The position numbers were made by a program, and so were the translations under genes. DNA of 64,000 nt. Origin: Treponemataceae bacterium (GTDB lineage Bacteria > Spirochaetota > Spirochaetia > Treponematales > Rectinemataceae). Below, one piece after another: positions 58,291-64,000 of the stretch (the first letter of the stretch is position 1; every line of letters begins with the position of its first letter). The notes beneath the pieces were generated by a model. That model had not been told where the DNA came from. It saw nothing but the letters and a program-made list of their open reading frames with translations, and ran no database searches. Where the stretch lies: the NCBI GenBank assembly GCA_963678065.2, contig CAXXVZ010000003.1:2176001-2240000 (forward strand), written 5' to 3'.

Positions 58291-59682
58291 TCATTTCTTG
58301 GATGAAAGGATCTTCAGCACCTTTTTCTCATCATAGCGCAGGAAAGCCAATAGTCCCAGTACGCAGAAGCCGACCGCCGCGACCGCGGAGAGCCTGATCC
58401 CGAGCGGATTGTCGACGCTCTTGCCGAGCAGAAGCAGCGAGGGAAAGAGCAGGTTGGCGAGCGAAATCCCCATCTTCATCATGAAAGTCCGGGCCCCGAA
58501 GAAAATTCCCGCCTTGTAGTCGCCGGTCTCGATGCCGTGGCTCTCGGCTATGTCCGCCACGATCGCGTTTGGCAGGATGCCGAAAATGGCGAGCGGGATC
58601 GACGCGAGGGCTATGGCCACCCAGGCCTGGGCCGCATTGGGCAGCGGCAGCCAGCCGAAGAGGAATACGAGGACGAACACTGCGGCGAACAGGCCGAAGG
58701 CGAATACGACGACAGGCTTCTTTCCGAGCTTCCGCGCGGCTATGGTCGTTGGCGCGTAGAACAGGAAGGACAGGACGAACATCACGAGGGCGAGGAAGGA
58801 GGGAAGGCTTTCCGAGAGCCCCAGAAGCGTGATGATGAAGTAGGGCATGCCCATCTGTATGAAGTTGAGCGCGACCCAGTAAGGCAGATCAGAGGCGACG
58901 AACCAGCGGAAATTCCGATTGCGGAAGGTCGACTTGACTGCCTCGATGACACCTTCGTTGACGGCGTGGACTTCGGCGTACTTGTGCTCATCGATGAAGA
59001 TGACAGGCAGCATCATGAGCAGCGCGGAGATGAATTCGAAAAACCCGACGACGGCCTGGAAGGATTTCGCGGCGTCGAGGTGGAACATCGATCCGAATAC
59101 GGGCATGAGGGCGTAGGTCTGGTTGCCGATCGCGAAACCGAGGGCCCAGGTCACCGAGATCGCCGTGGAGATGCCCAGCCTTTCGTCCGGCGTGTGGCCG
59201 AGCTCGGAAATCAAAGCGTTGTAGGGCGTGCAGTACATCGTGATGAACAGGTAATACAGAGTGATCGTGACGATGAGCCAGAGGGCGTTCAGAGTCTGAC
59301 CGGAGGCCGTCGATCCGCCTGCGATGGGCAGGAAGACGAGAAAAGCGAAGAGGGCCGTCGGAATTGCCGAGAAGGCGAGGAAGACGCGTCGCCTGCCCAT
59401 CCTGGCCCGGGAACGATCCGACAGATTCGCCACGATCGGGTCGGTTATCGCGTCCCAGATCCTGCCGCCGGCGTTGATGAGGCCGATGGCGGTCGCGATG
59501 CCGAGCACGGCGCCCTGAAAGATGAAGGTCGGGAAGAGAGCCGCCTGGCCGGCTTTCTCCGGCGGCAGGAAAAAGAAGGTGAGCGCATTCGAGACGCTCC
59601 ACGAGGCGAGGGACCAGCCGAGTTGGCCGAGGGCGAAAACGATGAGTTTCCAGCCGGGCAGTTTTTCAGCTTTGGGGGACAT
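58291..59682 (-). CDS. MFS/GPH-family sugar transporter
   Basis: WDAITDPIVANLSDR..GRRR, PYNALISEL, VADIAE. Confidence 0.9.
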   Translation of the reverse strand: MSPKAEKLPGWKLIVFALGQLGWSLASWSVSNALTFFFLPPEKAGQAALFPTFIFQGAVLGIATAIGLINAGGRIWDAITDPIVANLSDRSRARMGRRRVFLAFSAIPTALFAFLVFLPIAGGSTASGQTLNALWLIVTITLYYLFITMYCTPYNALISELGHTPDERLGISTAISVTWALGFAIGNQTYALMPVFGSMFHLDAAKSFQAVVGFFEFISALLMMLPVIFIDEHKYAEVHAVNEGVIEAVKSTFRNRNFRWFVASDLPYWVALNFIQMGMPYFIITLLGLSESLPSFLALVMFVLSFLFYAPTTIAARKLGKKPVVVFAFGLFAAVFVLVFLFGWLPLPNAAQAWVAIALASIPLAIFGILPNAIVADIAESHGIETGDYKAGIFFGARTFMMKMGISLANLLFPSLLLLGKSVDNPLGIRLSAVAAVGFCVLGLLAFLRYDEKKVLKILSSKK

Positions 59683-59856
59683 GTGACCATCCTTTCCTTC
59701 GTCGGTCTTCTTCGCAAAAATATTCTATATGCGGACAGGATCGCCGAACAAGCCGCGGTGCATGCGACCTTTCTGCCTGAGGCAAGTTAGCCTCCCCTCA
59801 CTTTTCCCCTTCGTCCATTGAGAGGCCTCATCCTCCCGTGATATTTTTAGCGGCCA

Positions 59857-60786
59857 ATGAAAACCATGAACGACCGCGCCTCACTCCTGAAGCGGGCATC
59901 CATCATCGCCCTTGCGGGCAACACAGTGCTCGCCGGCGCCAAAATCACGACCGGCCTTCTGGCGGGAAGCCTCGCCGTCCTCTCCGACGGCGTCGATTCC
60001 GCCACCGACATCGTCATCGCCATCATGAGCCTGTTCGCCTCGAAGATATCCTCGCTGCCCGGAGACAAAGAACATCCCTACGGGCACGCCCGCGCGGAGA
60101 CGATCGCGACGACAGTCCTCTCCTTCATCGTGTTTTACGCGGGACTCCAGCTTCTGATCACGGCCGCGGGCAGCCTCCTTGGCGGCGAAAAAGCGGAGCT
60201 GCCGGGCAGGGCGGCCCTCGTTGTGACTATCGTTTCGATCGCGGGCAAGCTCGCCCTCGCGTGGAGCCAGTTTCACTACGCGAAGAAGACCGGCTCGGCC
60301 ATGCTCAGGGCGAACGGCACAAACATGCGGGGCGACGTCGTCACTTCCTGCGCGGTCCTTGTCGGACTCGGCTTCACCTTCATCCTGGGCATCCCCGTCA
60401 TAGACCGGATTCTCGCCCTCCTCGTCTCGCTGTGGATTCTCAAGAACGCGATCGGCATCTTCATGGAAGCCAACGCCGAACTCATGGAGGGCACCTCGGA
60501 GCACGGAATTTACGAACTCGTCTTCGAGGCGGTGGCCGCGGTGCCCCAGGCCGGCAACCCGCACAGGACGCGCATCCGGAAGCTCGGCACGAATCTCATC
60601 GCCGATCTCGATATCGAAGTGGATCCCTCGATGACGGTGGCCCAGGCGCACGGTGTGGCCCTCCTCGTGGAGTCTTCAATAAAAACGAGGATACCCGACA
60701 TCTACGATGTGATCGTCCACATCGAGCCCGTGGGCAACGACGAGGAAGAGCGCTTCGGTCTCTCTCCGGAATCGAAGGGCGCCTGA
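59857..60786 (+). CDS. Cation diffusion facilitator family transporter
   Basis: GSLAVLSDGVDSATD, HPYGHARAE, NMRGD, VIVHIEP. Confidence 0.92.
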   Translation: MKTMNDRASLLKRASIIALAGNTVLAGAKITTGLLAGSLAVLSDGVDSATDIVIAIMSLFASKISSLPGDKEHPYGHARAETIATTVLSFIVFYAGLQLLITAAGSLLGGEKAELPGRAALVVTIVSIAGKLALAWSQFHYAKKTGSAMLRANGTNMRGDVVTSCAVLVGLGFTFILGIPVIDRILALLVSLWILKNAIGIFMEANAELMEGTSEHGIYELVFEAVAAVPQAGNPHRTRIRKLGTNLIADLDIEVDPSMTVAQAHGVALLVESSIKTRIPDIYDVIVHIEPVGNDEEERFGLSPESKGA

Positions 60787-60820
60787 GAGTAGCCACGCCG
60801 ACGGGCTCGGCTACTCTCAG
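60783..60820. terminator. 12-bp stem hairpin joining two convergent stop codons
   Basis: CTGAGAGTAGCC-N14-GGCTACTCTCAG. Confidence 0.6.
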
Positions 60821-61557
60821 TATTTCACGCCGACGAGGCTGAGTCCGAAGGCTCCCGCCATCGCGGGCGCCTGGGCGCGCGTCCCCGATTCCAGGAGTTC
60901 CGCGAGGGCCTTCAGGCTCAGTTTTCCCTTTCCCACGGCCACGAGAGTTCCGGCCATTATCCTGACCTGATTGTACAGAAATCCCGGCGCGCTGAAGTAC
61001 AGGTCGACGAAGTCGCCGGAGCTGACGATGCGCGCGCTGTCTATGCGCGCACGGGTGGCCGTCGACTTGGGCGCGTTCGTGAATGCCCGGAAGTCATGTT
61101 CCCCCTCGAAAAGCCGCGCCGCCGCGGTCACAGCCTCGCGGTCGAAGGGCTCGTCGACATGGAGACTCGTCGCCCGGGCCGCAGGATCGGCAGAGCTCGC
61201 GATGTGGAGCCGGTAGCGGTAGGTCTTGGATTTGGCGCGGTAGCGGGCGTGGAAGCGGGGATCGACTTCCCTGCAGGCCAGGCAGGAGATGTCGGCGGGA
61301 AGCTTGGCGCACAGCGCCGCGACAAGCTCGGAGCAAGAGAGAGGAGTCCGGGAATGGAAGCCGGCGGCCTGGCCTTCCGCGTGGACACCTGAGTCCGTGC
61401 GTCCGGCCCCGACAACCTCGACCTTCTCGCCCAGAATCAAGGAAAGCGCCGTCTCGACTTCTTTCTGGACCGTCCTTTCGGGATCGGGCAACCGTTGCCA
61501 GCCGGAAAAGCCTGAGCCGTCGTAGGCGAGAGTGAGGAGGAAATTCCTTCGGGGCAT
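60817..61557 (-). CDS. truA: tRNA pseudouridine(38-40) synthase
   Basis: AYDGSGFSGWQ, GRTDSGVHA, FHARY, GFLYNQVR; AAGGAG RBS. Confidence 0.95.
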   Translation of the reverse strand: MPRRNFLLTLAYDGSGFSGWQRLPDPERTVQKEVETALSLILGEKVEVVGAGRTDSGVHAEGQAAGFHSRTPLSCSELVAALCAKLPADISCLACREVDPRFHARYRAKSKTYRYRLHIASSADPAARATSLHVDEPFDREAVTAAARLFEGEHDFRAFTNAPKSTATRARIDSARIVSSGDFVDLYFSAPGFLYNQVRIMAGTLVAVGKGKLSLKALAELLESGTRAQAPAMAGAFGLSLVGVKY

Positions 61558-61588
61558 GCGGACTCCTTTACGGGGCCTTCTGTCGATT

Positions 61589-61606
61589 CCGTAACATGCG
61601 TTACAG
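61589..61606. promoter_or_regulatory. Palindromic operator (Crp/Fnr-type candidate)
   Basis: CCGTAAC-ATGC-GTTACAG. Confidence 0.5.
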
Positions 61607-61651
61607 CCTCTTTCATCCTTCCGGAGCAGCTTGCAGGGGAAGGAGATCAGG

Positions 61652-61840
61652 ATGAGCGAAATCTTACCATAGATCCCGAAAGACAACTGAGACTCAAGGA
61701 AATAATCGCAGGGCTCCATGCCGGAGAAAAGCCGGCCGCCCGGATCAGAACCCTCTCACGGCTTCACCGGCCCCACGAGGGTCATGTGGGGCAAACACGA
61801 CGAGATCAGGATGCTGCTGAAGGAAGCGAGAGAAGAGCCA
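61652..61840 (+). pseudogene. Remnant of a DUF438/hemerythrin-domain gene
   Basis: GAAGGAG RBS then ATG (MSE..) and early TAG; shifted frame IDPERQLRLKEIIAGLHAG; original frame HGFTGPTRVMWGKHDEIRMLLKEA. Confidence 0.75.
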
Positions 61841-61870
61841 GGACGCGATGGAGTTGCGGGCCCTCCAGGG

Positions 61871-63643
61871 TCAGCGCCGTCTTCTCGACTGGGATTGAAC
61901 TCGGTCTGATGTCCCGGGCCGGGAACCCGACCCCGGCATGGAGGGGCTTCCCGGACGCGGGGCCTTCGGGGTTTTCATGGCGTTCACGATCCTGGTGGCG
62001 GTCGCAGCCTTCCGCCGCCGCAGCTCGGGCCCTTCGGGACCGGGCCCCAGGCTGAGGGCGGTCCGGTCGGGCGGAAATTCTGCAACGAAGCGCGCCAGAT
62101 CGAGGCTGGCCGGACCGAGGATGAGGTCGGGATCGTAGTTCAGAACAAGATCCGTGCTTCCTCCCTCTGCGAGAGCCCTGGCCCAGGCCCCGTTGAGCCG
62201 GACCAGATCCGTCATGGCGGGCAAAAGCCTTCCCTTTCCTCTCGACATGAAAAGTCCGGACAGGAAGTCGACCTGGGAATCCTCGATCTCTGCCGGTTTA
62301 AGGAATTCGACAGGACGCCGGCCGAGGCCCTTCAGTAAATCGGCGAAGTCCCCGAGAAGAGCCGATGGGCGCATGCCGAGAGCTGCGCAGGCCTGGCCGA
62401 ACCAGGGCACGGCGCGCCCCCGCGAGTAGAAGACAGAGCAAGCCCTCGCCAGCTCCGCGGCTCGCTCCATGTCGGAGCGGGAAAAATCCGGGGTCGAGAG
62501 GACGAGGTGCGGAGCCTCCGGACTCAGGGCGAGGTCGTACTCCCCGGCCCTGTCGGCGAGTTCCGTGCCGGGCAGAATCGCGAGCGGAAAGATGTCCAGA
62601 TGATTGGGTCCGAGGGAAAGGGCAAAATCGAGACTCTCACAGAATCCTTCGAGCCTGTCTCCGGGAAGGCCGTATATGAGGTCGAGTCCGAAGGGCACGC
62701 CGGCCGCGTCGAGCATGGAGAGCCTTCGCCTGAAGTCTTTCCGGTCGATGGAGCGGTTCACCCTCGCGAGGACCTCGGGGCGGACGCTCTGAAGTCCGAT
62801 CTGCACGGAGCAGTCGAGCTGGCCGAAAAGCTTCGCCTCTTCGCGGTCGATGAGCTCTGCCCGCAGTTCGAACTTCCAGTGCATATCGGGAGCCTTCGCG
62901 CGAAAGAGGCGCAGGAGCTCCACGGTTCTGGACTTCGAGATGTTGAAGGTGGGGTCGAGAACGAAAATCTGGCTGACGCCCGAGCGGACGAAAAGTTCGA
63001 GCTCGGCCTCGAGTCGCGCCGCAGGGAAGTGCCGGACTCCCTTCTCGCCTTTTCCCTCGAAACAGTACGCGCATGTGAAGGGGCATCCCCGGGATAGCTC
63101 CCAGAGAACTCCTCCGTCGTAGGCGCGCGGGTTGAGGGCCCCCGAAAGCCAGGGTGAAATCAGGGATTCAACGCCGTGAGGACCGCCGTCAGCGCGCGGT
63201 CCTCCTTTCAGAATCCGGGCCGGCATTCCATCGCCGGAAAGGAGCGTGAAGACGGCATCCGCGACAACGGATTCGCCTTCACCCGCGACGATGAAGTCGA
63301 ATATTTCCGCCGACGCAAGGTTCTCCGCGTCGGCGGTCGCCTCGGGGCCTCCCGCAAAGAGGACGAGAGTGGGTTTCCGCTTGCGCAGGATGGCACAAAC
63401 CTCTGCAACCTTCCTTCTGTTCCAGGAAAAGAGCGAAAATCCGACAAAATCGACGGCCTTCCCCAGCAGGGCCAAAGCGAAATCCTCCGCATCGACCGCA
63501 ACCTCGTCCTCCACGATGAAAGATTTGAGCGAGCCTGAGAGCCGGGGATCGGACCGCAGACAGGCGAGAACGCATCCAGCTCCGAGCGGCAGGGTTTCGG
63601 GCGAGCGTTCGACATGGAGAACGGCCAGGGCGAGGGACTTCAT
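61871..63643 (-). CDS. B12-binding domain radical SAM protein
   Basis: VGFSLFSWN, GGPEAT, GEGE, SRGCPFTCAYC, DPTFN, DLIYGLPGD. Confidence 0.92.
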   Translation of the reverse strand: MKSLALAVLHVERSPETLPLGAGCVLACLRSDPRLSGSLKSFIVEDEVAVDAEDFALALLGKAVDFVGFSLFSWNRRKVAEVCAILRKRKPTLVLFAGGPEATADAENLASAEIFDFIVAGEGESVVADAVFTLLSGDGMPARILKGGPRADGGPHGVESLISPWLSGALNPRAYDGGVLWELSRGCPFTCAYCFEGKGEKGVRHFPAARLEAELELFVRSGVSQIFVLDPTFNISKSRTVELLRLFRAKAPDMHWKFELRAELIDREEAKLFGQLDCSVQIGLQSVRPEVLARVNRSIDRKDFRRRLSMLDAAGVPFGLDLIYGLPGDRLEGFCESLDFALSLGPNHLDIFPLAILPGTELADRAGEYDLALSPEAPHLVLSTPDFSRSDMERAAELARACSVFYSRGRAVPWFGQACAALGMRPSALLGDFADLLKGLGRRPVEFLKPAEIEDSQVDFLSGLFMSRGKGRLLPAMTDLVRLNGAWARALAEGGSTDLVLNYDPDLILGPASLDLARFVAEFPPDRTALSLGPGPEGPELRRRKAATATRIVNAMKTPKAPRPGSPSMPGSGSRPGTSDRVQSQSRRRR

Positions 63644-63755
63644 GGACCGATGATGCCCCGCACGGGCCCTGGCATACAAGCCTCGGGAGGCCCGTCGTCC
63701 TTCCCGGAGGGGCATGTTGTCGCAGTCTCCCGCCAGGGACAGCGGTTTCGGCCAC

Positions 63756-63814
63756 TTGCGTCCCTGGATAAAATTCGATAGAGTATCGCTTAATGTGTTA
63801 ATAACGCATTAAGC
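63756..63814 (+). promoter_or_regulatory. pgmB promoter followed by 27-bp palindrome
   Basis: TTGCGT-N17-TAGAGT, then GCTTAATGTGTTA-A-TAACGCATTAAGC. Confidence 0.55.
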
Positions 63815-63888
63815 CTGCGACAGCAGCCGCGATGGCAGATCAGCAATGGCTCCTCCATGGCTGTCTCCTGAAAGAAGAGGACGGAAAA

Positions 63889-64000
63889 ATGAGCGTTACG
63901 ATCGAAGGCTACATTTTCGATCTCGATGGCGTCGTCGTCGATACTGCGAAGTATCACTTCCTGGCCTGGAAAAAACTCGCAAACTCGCTCGGCTTCGACC
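63889..64000 (+). CDS. pgmB: Beta-phosphoglucomutase (HAD family; 5' part, runs off right edge)
   Basis: MSVTIEGYIFDLDGVVVDTAKYHFLAWKKLANSLGFD; GAGGA RBS. Confidence 0.85.
   Translation, partial: MSVTIEGYIFDLDGVVVDTAKYHFLAWKKLANSLGFD

Overview
GC-rich chromosomal backbone of an anaerobic bacterium, most likely a free-living spirochaete (Treponema/Rectinema-like; inferred from the 16S sequence and gene content, not database-checked). It has about 48 intact CDS, mostly housekeeping: XPB helicase, clpP, tlpA-ccdA, malQ, radA, rlmI-like, rubrerythrin-desulfoferrodoxin-rubredoxin, radC, Ktr/Trk, pgsA, mnmE-mnmG, trxA, truA and pgmB. Two apparently identical rRNA operons (16S-tRNA-Ala-23S-5S, minus strand) lie in direct tandem 5760 bp apart, each with its own promoter. 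I found no CRISPR array, IS, integrase or prophage. The best leads are: (1) a serine-palmitoyltransferase-like gene with a long, structured, switch-like 5' leader; (2) a 962-aa degenerate PHP-domain protein fused to a membrane domain; (3) a DUF1576 membrane protein paired with a degenerate GHKL-like partner; (4) a GH3 pseudo-enzyme; (5) a GntR-regulated HypD glycyl-radical locus; (6) a collapsed DUF438 pseudogene that keeps a Crp/Fnr-type operator; and (7) frequent leaderless promoter architecture. All family assignments come from motif recognition by eye, and none is confirmed as a novel system.
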